64,000 bases of DNA from Octopus bimaculoides (taxonomy: Eukaryota), in the NCBI RefSeq assembly GCF_001194135.2, contig NC_068992.1:8406876-8470875 (forward strand), read 5' to 3'. Under the pieces are notes generated by a model. That model saw only the letters and a program-made list of their open reading frames with translations. It ran no database searches and was not told the origin of the DNA. Each line of letters opens with the position of its first letter. Position 1 is the first letter of the stretch. The position numbers and the translations under genes were made by a program. This document shows positions 40,901-49,082 of this stretch, in pieces.

Positions 40901-42262
40901 TTGTTCCAATTGAAATAGTAGGAGAGATATTCAAACATGATAAAGTGGGCATTAAAAGATGATGATGATGATGATGACGATGATGACGACAAAAACAACA
41001 ACAAAAAAATTTGTATTTTTAAATACCATAGTTTCAACTGCACTTTATGAATGGCAATCAGAGGTATTAGGTACCAAAAGGGAAAAAAGGTGATGGTTTT
41101 TTAAGTATTTATGTCATTAACCCTCTAGCATTCAGATTACTCTGTCAAATGTAATGCTTATTCATTCAAATCGTTTTGAATTAATCATGCACCATTTTCT
41201 AACTTCAAGGTCTTGATGTGATTGTTTATTTTTAGAATGACATTGTAGGGTAGGTGTGATACACCAGATCTAGCCAGTTTGAACATAAAACAGGTAGAAT
41301 ATTTTGGCTGGATACAGTTGGTTTAAATACTAAAGAATTAAGAGAGGATTTGGCAGAATTGTTAATGCATCAGACAAACTATGTTGCAGTAATTACTTAT
41401 AACCCTTTGCACTAAGCTAACTTTACCTTTAATCTTTCTGAGGTAAATATTTTCTATAACATAAAGTGCCACTCTAGGACCTGAGTCAGTTTGGTATTCC
41501 TCTTAAGCATCCTGGATATGAATAGAATTATCATACAAGAAAAGTGGTCAACTTTGCCATCATCCTGTCAGGGTTGATAAAACAAAGAACCTGTCAAGTA
41601 CTAGAGATGATATAATATTCTTATAAAGCATCCAAGCAGTGAATGGTATTATGATAGAAGGGGAAATTATCAGCTTTGCTGTCATCCTCACAGGATTGAT
41701 AAAGCAAAGTAGAAATGCAAGGCGGTTGATTTAATATTCATATAAAGTATCCAAAACATGAATGGGAATATAAGAAGGGAGGTCAGCTTTGCCTTTCATT
41801 TATTTAGGGGTCAATAAGATAAAGTATCAGTGAAGGATTTAGAAGTGATTTATATTCTTACAGAGCATCCAAGATGTGAATGGAAATATTATAGAAAGAT
41901 CTCATCAGTCTTAGAGAGCCTACAAAGATCATAGTTATTGTCCCCTTCTCCCAAAATAAACCAGAGAAAAGAATTATCAAAGGCATTTCCTGCGTTTTCA
42001 CTTAATATCTCTCTCCTATACCTATATGCTTTTCTGTTTTTGTCTCCTGTATCCGGTGACATTTCTCTTAACAATGATCTTACGATAATTCTATATTTGT
42101 CTCATAATTTCTTTACAGGTCGTCGGTGGTGAACTGGGAGGATCTTGGTGTGTTTCACGGCTGTGCAGCCTATTCTTATTTCTCTTATGGGTAACATATA
42201 TATGCATAATTGGTGCCAAAGCATATGATGTCAATATTCTCCCTTGGCTCAACATGTTGTAG
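6251..42262 (+). CDS. NCX: Na+/Ca2+ exchanger (NCX/SLC8-like), 5'-partial multi-exon gene: join(6251-6338, 8569-8590, [exon not found], 12183-12345, 13115-13238, 15615-15744, 17263-17353, 26904-26982, 34513-34632, 36518-36593, 36776-36929, 38029-38204, 42119-42262)
   Basis: All listed exons have AG/GT boundaries, and phases match from 12183 through to the TAG at 42260-42262. The spliced peptide has two Calx-beta folds, then [49 protein letters not shown] and GGELGG, which align motif by motif to the NCX1-3 C-terminal half. The N-terminal exons lie outside the window or were not recognised. Confidence 0.95.
8569..8590 (+). CDS. NCX: Putative 22-nt microexon: (Q)IPERKKA
   Basis: tttttatctctttctcttccag|aattcctgaaagaaaaaaagcc|gtaagt. 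Strong pyrimidine tract, consensus donor, and in frame with the phase-2 end of exon 6251-6338. Confidence 0.65.
9461..9614 (+). repeat. 117-bp tandem repeat running into the 815-N gap
   Basis: aaataataaatgagtatatgcatatatacgtacaggt at 9461-9497 and 9578-9614. Confidence 0.75.
10430..10718 (+). mobile_element. SINE/LINE-derived family B with an RTE-like 3' end and (GAT)n tail
   Basis: ...aggaagggcatccagctgtagaaactctgcca...acccatgctagcatggaaagcggacgttaaa(c)gatgatgat. Other copies, approximately: 2259-2554, 7460-7620, 20740-20999, 22790-22890, 24156-24463, 37621-37788, 43945-44050(-), 60070-60260, 61670-61800(-). Confidence 0.85.
12183..12345 (+). CDS. NCX: NCX-like exon, Calx-beta second half: [54 protein letters not shown]
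   Basis: tttaacag|gta ... catg|gtaag; 163 nt, phase 0 to 1, no stops. Confidence 0.9.
13115..13238 (+). CDS. NCX: NCX-like exon, next Calx-beta start: (E)[40 protein letters not shown]
   Basis: ttcctag|ag ... acgat|gtaagt; 124 nt, phase 1 to 2. Confidence 0.93.
15615..15744 (+). CDS. NCX: NCX-like exon: (M)[43 protein letters not shown]
   Basis: ttttaacag|g ... gaag|gtaaaa; 130 nt, phase 2 to 0. Carries the DGTA...G.DY...L.F..GE..K.I Calx-beta signature. Confidence 0.95.
15793..16080 (-). mobile_element. tRNA-promoter element carrying a hammerhead ribozyme (Penelope-like non-autonomous element)
   Basis: Minus strand from 16068: A box TGGCGTAGTGG, B box GAGTTTGATTCC, spacer, hammerhead, then an approximately 85-nt tail shared with 33848-33925. 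A 15-bp inverted copy of an internal segment (16066-16080 vs 15932-15946) abuts the 5' end. Confidence 0.75.
15879..15924 (-). ncRNA. Minimal type I hammerhead ribozyme motif
   Basis: GACAC-CTGATGA-A-GGCTG(gagggtatat)CAGCC-GAAAC-ATT-GTGTT. Stem I is GACAC/GTGTT, stem II is GGCTG/CAGCC, and the CTGATGA and GAAA cores are intact. Stem III is ACAT rather than palindromic ACGT, so this copy may be impaired. Confidence 0.72.
16165..16785 (+). mobile_element. Mariner (DD34D) transposase relic, 3' half plus right terminus
   Basis: Broken frames give [32 protein letters not shown] and [10 protein letters not shown] (the YSPDLAPSD motif), then KKCLDH..G.Y. It ends in tggtcagcctatgaactttttag. Boundaries are approximate. 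Confidence 0.85.
17263..17353 (+). CDS. NCX: NCX-like exon: [30 protein letters not shown]
   Basis: ttctcattaaag|ata ... aacg|gtaagt; 91 nt, phase 0 to 1. Calx-beta strands F-G. Confidence 0.9.
18752..18913 (-). mobile_element. 3'-end fragment of the same mariner family, inverted
   Basis: The reverse complement encodes [31 protein letters not shown] and ends ggtcagcctatgaacttttcag, homologous to 16600-16780. Confidence 0.8.
19416..19643. mobile_element. About 225-bp TTAA-flanked MITE (piggyBac-like ends TTAACCCTTTAGCATT...AATGCTAAAGGGTTAA)
   Basis: Terminal inverted repeats inside TTAA. Homologous copies at 2191-2665 (interrupted), 27326-27506 and 41117-41341. The piggyBac assignment is inferred from the TTAA plus CCC/GGG termini. 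Confidence 0.75.
26904..26982 (+). CDS. NCX: NCX-like exon: (D)[25 protein letters not shown]
   Basis: attctag|at ... acaag|gtatat; 79 nt, phase 1 to 2. SWFEQ corresponds to NCX SWREQ. Confidence 0.92.
27737..27959 (-). mobile_element. SINE family C, full-length (tRNA-like head, core gtcgactt(t/a)gcctttcatcctt..ggggtcgataaattaagtaccag)
   Basis: A-box-like TGGCAGAAAGG and B-box-like GAGTTCAAATTCC. Degraded copies, approximately: 12700-13080, 15350-15520, 18020-18190(-), 30525-30640, 36070-36240, 38230-38420, 54400-54590, 57720-58210. Confidence 0.85.
29350..29690 (+). mobile_element. Heavily deleted RTE-like RT relic
   Basis: [17 protein letters not shown] (RT N-terminal motif) joined to [26 protein letters not shown] (F.YLGS region). 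Confidence 0.6.
31870..32325 (+). mobile_element. Internally deleted RTE derivative (putative 5' UTR fused to the ORF C-terminus)
   Basis: 32128-32313 encodes [27 protein letters not shown], matching the RTE C-terminal W.P.G.R.RGRP..TW motif. The 5' UTR assignment is inference. Confidence 0.5.
33848..33976. mobile_element. Fold-back insertion of the post-cleavage tail of the hammerhead element, with a 15-bp target-site duplication
   Basis: TAGGCATGGCTTTAT is repeated at 33833-33847 and 33977-33991. There is a perfect 34-bp palindrome at 33909-33942 and arms of about 54 bp. The left arm matches 15793-15881. Confidence 0.85.
34513..34632 (+). CDS. NCX: NCX-like exon: (S)[39 protein letters not shown]
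   Basis: ggtttcag|t ... ccaac|gtaagt; 120 nt, phase 2 to 2. Matches NCX DYVMHFLTVFWKVLFAFVPP. Confidence 0.96.
34747..36055 (-). mobile_element. Full-length but inactivated Tc1-type DNA transposon with DD36E spacing (Incomer-like)
   Basis: TA-flanked 30-bp imperfect TIRs: caggggttggatgaaataatggaaacacct at 34747 and aggtgtttctattattatgtacaaccccta ending at 36055. Transposase relic 35873 to 34799 runs from [15 protein letters not shown] through DESSF, QDDNAP and [11 protein letters not shown] to KGSPTPY*, with frameshifts and a premature stop. Confidence 0.92.
36518..36593 (+). CDS. NCX: NCX-like exon: (T)[25 protein letters not shown]
   Basis: actttag|g ... cag|gtaatt; 76 nt, phase 2 to 0. 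Matches NCX EYWNGWACFIVSILMIGLLTAFIGD. Confidence 0.95.
36776..36929 (+). CDS. NCX: NCX-like exon, alpha-2 repeat: [51 protein letters not shown]
   Basis: aaacag|ctt ... acag|gtaaga; 154 nt, phase 0 to 1. GTS.PDTFAS motif. Confidence 0.97.
37219..37505 (+). mobile_element. RTE-clade LINE fragment, RT C-terminal region, open frame up to a gap
   Basis: [89 protein letters not shown] has the F.YLGS, RI.KA..AF..L..VW and LLYG.ETW motifs typical of RTE ORFs. Confidence 0.9.
38029..38204 (+). CDS. NCX: NCX-like exon: (G)[58 protein letters not shown]
   Basis: gtttacag|gc ... ctg|gtaagt; 176 nt, phase 1 to 0. Confidence 0.97.
39250..40080 (+). mobile_element. Old LINE relic (RTE-like, region upstream of RT)
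   Basis: A-rich coding-like strand bias with a remnant SPGTGNI...ELLK.G...I...L..L motif near 39980-40075; many stops. Confidence 0.4.
41547..41893 (+). repeat. Three diverged tandem units (about 113-122 bp) built on the SINE family C core
   Basis: Units start at 41547, 41669 and 41782 with (g/a)tca(a/g)ctttgc..tcat...gg.t.(g/a)ataa, and each ends ...agcatccaa...gaatgg. Confidence 0.65.
42119..42262 (+). CDS. NCX: NCX-like last coding exon: [47 protein letters not shown]
   Basis: ctttacag|gtc; GGELGG motif, final transmembrane helix, TAG at 42260-42262. Confidence 0.96.
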   Translation, partial: VVGGELGGSWCVSRLCSLFLFLLWVTYICIIGAKAYDVNILPWLNML

Positions 42263-42298
42263 CATGTAGAATGCTTTGTCATGACAATAGTGTGGTTG

Positions 42299-42385
42299 AA
42301 TAAAAAGCTTGATATACTCCTATCACAGCTTTGAACACAACACTCACAACCAACACAAGAATGAATGAACGAATAAGTAAATAAA
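42299..42385 (+). terminator. Candidate polyadenylation signals of the NCX-like gene (AATAAA at 42299-42304 and 42380-42385)
   Basis: Two AATAAA hexamers 37 and 118 nt after the stop codon. AT-rich background makes chance occurrence plausible. Confidence 0.35.
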
Positions 42386-42668
42386 AAAAAGTATATAAGT
42401 ATTTTCGTTAAAACAGTGACACAGTTTGGAAATAAGGAAAGAACATATATATACATATATATACACACACACACATATATATATATACATTAACTATATA
42501 TATGTATGTGTGTATACATATACGTTTTTATATATAAACAGATATATAGATATATATGTATATATATATCTATATATATACACATATATACACACACACA
42601 CACACACACATATGCATGTATAATCATATACTTCATGTATATAAATATATGTGTGTATACACATATAT

Positions 42669-42725
<57 letters not shown>

Positions 42726-42840
42726 AACACACATCCATATAATCATATACTTCATGTATATAATTATATGTCTGCATGTATATATATTTTACATACATGT
42801 TTTTGAGATTCTCTCTCTCTCTCTCTCTCTGTCTGTCTAC

Positions 42841-42894
<54 letters not shown>

Positions 42895-44046
42895 ACACAC
42901 ACATGCATATAATCAGTAAAGCTATCAGTAGTGTGACTGACTACATGTGAAATATATAACACTATGAAGAAGAAAACCAGAAAATTCCCTATTAAGATAA
43001 TATTTATGTGGAAAGGCAAAGAAAAAATTGATAACACATTCAAAATGAATATAAACAAAAATACAATGTTTTCCCTTTGTATTTCTATGTGAATATGTGT
43101 TTCTGTGTTGACGTATGCGTATAAACATATTTGTTTGATTTTATGAAGGAAATTATCAGAGGCATATGTGGCAGAATTACTAACAAAGATAAATAAATAT
43201 TTAAATATTTTCAAACAAAAATGTCAAAAGTTATGAAGTCAAAATTGAAAAAAAAAAAAGAAATAAAAGCATAGAAAGGGATGTGAAGATTGATAGGGAG
43301 GCACAAAGAGAAGGTATTGAGAAGGAGAGAGAGTGTGGTGGTGGGTGATGTGAGCCAGCTGAGTGGTAAGTTTTAAAATTCCATAGGGCAGAAATGTAAC
43401 AAAAATCCGGAACATCTATATATATATATATATATATATNNNNNNNNNNNNNNNNNNNNNNNNNNNNNNNNNNNNNNNNNNNNNNNNNNNNNNNNNNNNN
43501 NNNNNNNNNNNNNNNNNNNNNNNNNNNNNNNNNNNNNNNNNNNNNNNNNNNNNNNNNNNNNNNNNNNNNNNNNNNNNNNNNNNNNNNNNNNNNNNNNNNN
43601 NNNNNNNNNNNNNNNNNNNNNNNNNNNNNNNNNNNNNNNNNNNNNNNNNNNNNNNNNNNNNNNNNNNNNNNNNNNNNNNNNNNNNNNNNNNNNNNNNNNN
43701 NNNNNNNNNNNNNNNNNNNNNNNNNNNNNNNNNNNNNNNNNNNNNNNNNNNNNNNNNNNNNNNNNNNNNNNNNNNNNNNNNNNNNNNNNNNNNNNNNNNN
43801 NNNNNNNATGTTACCTATGGAGATATAAAGAATTATATATTAGCATATACATATAGACGTGAATATATATATATATACACACATAAATATGTAGACATAT
43901 ATTTATATATACTTACATACACACACACACACACACATATACATCATCATCACATCATCACAGTTTAACATCCGCTTTCCATGCTAGCATGGGTTGGACG
44001 ATTTGACTGAGGACTGGTGAAACCGGATGGCAACACCAGGCTCCAA

Positions 44047-44095
<49 letters not shown>

Positions 44096-44470
44096 TATAT
44101 GTGTGTGTGTATGTATGCATTTATGAACACACATAGTATTTCATATATTTGAAGTTTTTGCAAAGAACCTATACTTTCGCTAATTTTATAACTCTTGAGA
44201 AACTGAATATTTTCAATCTGTAAACACGGTTGAATGATTTTTAAATATTTCCTTCTGGTTCAAATGTTTGGAAAGAGTTTTGTTCATAACAGTTAAAATA
44301 ATTTCTCTGCAAAATATATGCCATTTCATAAGAAGAATACTGAAAAATCTATTTGACACAGCAAACTTGCTCAAAGGCAATTCACAGTGTATTTCACACT
44401 TGAATATAAACTGATCTTATTAAAATTCTGCATACCAAAACATTGGTCAATCAGGGATTTTGGCAGTGTC

Positions 44471-44561
44471 CAGCAGAAGATACAAAGTGGCTCAAGGGCC
44501 GAGAATTTTGTGCTGTAGCACTTAAACGCTTGACCCTTGAGTCATTCTGTAGATTTTGCTG
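44471..44561. mobile_element. Short palindromic MITE-like element with about 28-bp TIRs; second copy at 45138-45271
   Basis: cagcagaagatacaaagtggctcaaggg / cccttgagtcattctgtagattttgctg. The 45138 copy has homologous arms (..aaagtgactcacggg / cccttgtgttactttgttatttctgct). Confidence 0.6.
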
Positions 44562-44686
44562 ATGAAAAAAAAAATATGTACGTTCTATTTTGACTTCTAT
44601 TTTGTATTACCAAAGCATACATGTCTGCATATGTGTGCATGCAACAAACATTTATTGTATAAAATGATTTGATTCTAGTACTATGG

Positions 44687-44718
<32 letters not shown>

Positions 44719-44879
44719 GTATATATGTATACATATATAGATATAGTTATCAATAAATCTAGGGATATACCAGTGCATGAGAACCCGCAATAACCACTTA
44801 GAGTAAAGCACTCTCTTATAATATTATAATATATATAAACATAGTTCAAATTTACAAAAAAAAAACAAAAATCAAAGAC

Positions 44880-45030
44880 AGGTGTAGGAGCAACAAGCAG
44901 GTGCATTAGTTTAACACTCAGGAAAAATGGAAAAGTCTTCTACATTTCAAGCCCCTGCCCTTTTTGACAGAAAGGAATAACAGGAAAAAATGGAGAGAGG
45001 AAAAAAACTGTGCAGAGTTCAGCAGTCCAA
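44880..45030 (-). mobile_element. Second small repeat family with a degenerate hammerhead-like core at 44937-44974 (Penelope-like LTR relic)
   Basis: Minus strand reads CTTT-CTGTCAA-A-AAG..CTT-GAAAT-GTA-GAAG. Homologous to 47100-47260 in the opposite orientation. Confidence 0.5.
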
Positions 45031-46945
45031 CGTGGTGGGATATATATATATATAGGTTTGGTGATACAAATAGCTAAATTCGAACTCAAAATATGAGTAA
45101 TATATATATACAAATATATATATACTTTTATTAATATTTAGTAGAGGTAAGAAAGTGACTCACGGGCAAAGAGATTTGTGCATTAGCACTTATGAAAGTT
45201 TTTGGTATAAGTTTAGTAAGTGCCAACACACGAAACTTTTGACCCTTGTGTTACTTTGTTATTTCTGCTAAATATTGATATATACACGCACATGTATATA
45301 TATATTTATGCATATACATGTATTCCTGTATGTATATACATATAAATGCATTGATATTATAAACAAATTAACACAACTTTCCCCGTATATATATATATAT
45401 ATATATATGTAATGAAATGTTTATTTTCTAAGATGCCTCAAATTCTTTTACTGATGGATTTTTCTGCTTTCTTGTTTGATTCTTATTTAATTTACAACAA
45501 TAGATGACTATACTTGTAATGCCTTGATCCAAATATTTCCAATTAAATCACATTTAAATCCTCACAAGCATTTAATTAATAATATATTAAAAAAATTAGT
45601 TGTATTTTTGTCAAGCATCATAGAGCAAGTGGAGACACTATCTGCATTGAAACTTTAAACTCAAATCCATAACTTGTTTTATTTTAGTTTTGCTATGCTA
45701 TTTCCTTTAGGAAAGGTATGAATGATGTAGCTTATAATTCCTTTAGACTAAGGATAATAAAATTTTTATGTTGAAATTTAAAATAATATATTATCAAAGA
45801 TATTTCACAACAATGATTGTCTTTATGTCTGTGTTTGTCTTCCACCACCAACTGGCAACTGGTATTAGTGTGTTCACATCCCCGTAACTTAGCAGTTTAG
45901 CAAAAGGACCAATGGAATAAGTACTAGGTTTTTAAGAAAATAAGAACTGGGATCAATTCATTCAACTAAAAATTCTTCAAGGCAGTGTCCCAGCATGGCC
46001 ACAGTCTATTGATTGAAACAAGTAAGAGATAAAACGATAATTATGTTCCAACAAATACACTTAGTGAGTGTATAAAAGTCATTTACATGAATATTCATAT
46101 TCATATACCAACAGACATGTATGTGGAAACAATCAAACATAGCTTGTAAAAATTAAGAGATAGCATTTGTAAAATGATGTTCTATCTGTTTACATTCTAT
46201 TCACCTAATTTTGCTAAACACTAACATATTCTCATATTAACCAACATTTAACACTAACATATCCTCCAGCTATTCTCTTAGCATGATTCTAAGAACTGAA
46301 GTATAAGTTGGACAGCCCTGACAATCATTTACAAGAGGTTGTCAATCATAAATAAGTGACTGGCAGTGCTCCTGCATGGGCATAGCCTTTGTGCTGAAAC
46401 GTATAAATGAAGACCAAAATAACAGTTCACTACATTGATAAAGATAAATCTTCTAAAGTATATGTATAATTTACATTTTTTTGCCAAACATCCTTCATTA
46501 AATAGGAATCATATCAAATAAAATATACCCAAAGTATGTTTTTTTGCTGGTTTGGTACAAAAATATATATAACAATATAACAAAGCTAGTTTATATATGA
46601 CAATCATGCAAATGCACACATACGCTTTCATTCTTTGCCTAATTTCAGTAATTGAACCGCAGCTATGAGGGTTGGGGAATGCTGTCTTCAGTGGTGAAGT
46701 TTTTCATATTAATTCCAATACTTATTTTAGTCTGAGACTAATTTTATTAGTCTTTATTTGTCAAGCTACTCATTTATGGCACACAAGGTAATATAACGAA
46801 CATAAACACTAGATTTTAGATCAGTGTAAACATAAAAAATCATACACATGTACAAATGTATGCAAATTTGCATACACCAAAAGACAGCCTGAGACTATAC
46901 CAGAAGTCACTGGAAAATTTCTTTACTTACCCAGGCATGTCCCAG

Positions 46946-47046
<101 letters not shown>

Positions 47047-47099
47047 TATACATACATTTAAATGCATATATGTATACCTATATCCATTTTTCTCTCTGT

Positions 47100-47260
47100 T
47101 CAATTTTTTCATTCTTTCTCCATATTTTTTTCCTCTTAATCCTTTTGTGTCAAAGAGCATCGGCTTGAACTGTCAAAGACTTTTCCATTCTTCCTGACTG
47201 TTAAACTAATACACCTGCTTGTTGTTACTTCACCTGTCTCTGTCTTTTGTTTTCTGTAAA
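47100..47260 (+). mobile_element. Second copy of the same repeat, with a degenerate hammerhead-like core at 47142-47178
   Basis: CTTT-TGTGTCAA-A-GAGC(atcg)GCTT-GAACT-GTC-AAAG. It shares aacaagcaggtg(c/t)attagtttaac..tcagga..aatggaaaagtctt with the 44880 copy. Confidence 0.5.
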
Positions 47261-47807
47261 TTTGAATGATATGTATACACACACACACATACACACAAAA
47301 ACACACAGATAAATATGAAGCCAACATCACGTGAATTCTTATCAAGTGATCTCTAGAGTAATGAAAAATCCTACTGTAAACACACAAGTAAATGAAACCA
47401 ATTTTTACAAGTATTGAGTGCGCTCTCTTTTTATGTTTGTATTCTCCAAAAGTACACACACATATATTATCAGATGTAATGCTTTAATCACAAGTGAGTA
47501 CTTAACAATCACACTTCACTGTATGTGCATTCACATGTGTGAAGAACACAATAGATTTGAGTTTAAAGTACTCAACTATTGACCATAGGATCATGAGTTC
47601 AGTCCTTACTGCTTCAATTATGTGTTTATGTGTTGTACTTTTGAGCAAGGTACATAACTTTTTTTACCCCATGTTCCACTCCAACTGCAACATGCAATGT
47701 GGAGAGGTTAGCTGTGAAATGGGTGTCCAACTGTAAGAATAAATGTTTCAAAATACGAACCATCCTCTTCATAAATATGAAAATATATTATGTGATTCAG
47801 CTAAAAA

Positions 47808-47843
<36 letters not shown>

Positions 47844-48022
47844 TATGTATGTATGTATATATAATCCGAAATGTATAGTATTAACTATCCATCAGGGCTG
47901 ATCTTACCAATCAGTTTCATGTAAAGAATACGATGGAGTGTTAGATAACAAACCGACTATATATCTTTACGCTCATCAGAGTTTTAAAGAGTTAGCTGCT
48001 ACGGAAGGGAATATGACGACTG

Positions 48023-48061
<39 letters not shown>

Positions 48062-48360
48062 CACATATATATACACACACACAAATACATTGATATGCGT
48101 ATATGTACACGCACATATACATACATATATATCTATATATATACATGTATTGATGTATATATATGTATGTATATGTATGCATGTATGTATATATATATAT
48201 TTGTATGTATTTGTATGCAAATATATATATATGTATGTATGCATGTATATATATATCTATATCTGTATGTATATTTATATAAATGTATGTATATATATAT
48301 ACACATATATATACATATATATACACATATATATACATATATATACATACATATGCATAA

Positions 48361-48429
<69 letters not shown>

Positions 48430-48554
48430 TATATACACACATACACATATATATATATATATACACACACACATATATATATATATATACCGGAGTAAGC
48501 ACATAAATGTGCAACAAGTTGGAAAAAAGAGTACTCAAATATCAAAGGTAGAGT

Positions 48555-48646
48555 AATATGCTTTATTTAAAAGCAGCAGAAATATAACAAAAACTCAGAG
48601 TAACAGTTTTTTGTTATATTTCTGCTACTTTTAAATAAAGTATATT
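48555..48646. repeat. About 41-bp-arm hairpin within a repeat starting near 48490
   Basis: aatatgctttatttaaaagcagcagaaatataacaaaaact / agttttttgttatatttctgctacttttaaataaagtatatt around the spacer cagagtaac. Confidence 0.85.
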
Positions 48647-49039
48647 CATATATATATATATGTGTGTATGTATATATATACACACACAGTTGGAGAATAG
48701 AAGTCACTTCAATACTTATTTATTATTTTGTCAAAATTTTCATCACATGAACAGTAACCTGGTCACTGACAAGATTACACTATATCTAATCTATGACTTT
48801 ATTGGTTTATATATAATAGAGGTTCCAGAGTTATTTGTTTTATTTTAACCAACAAACTTTCTGATTAAATACAGTGCAATCTTCTCAGTGACCAGAATGC
48901 AATTTATGTAAAGAAAATTTTAAATCCAAATAACAAATAGTAACTGTTTAAGTAGAGGTAACAGTGTTTGTGTGGGTTTTTGAATGGCTAACATATATAT
49001 ATACATACATATACATATACACACATATACATATACACA

Positions 49040-49082
<43 letters not shown>

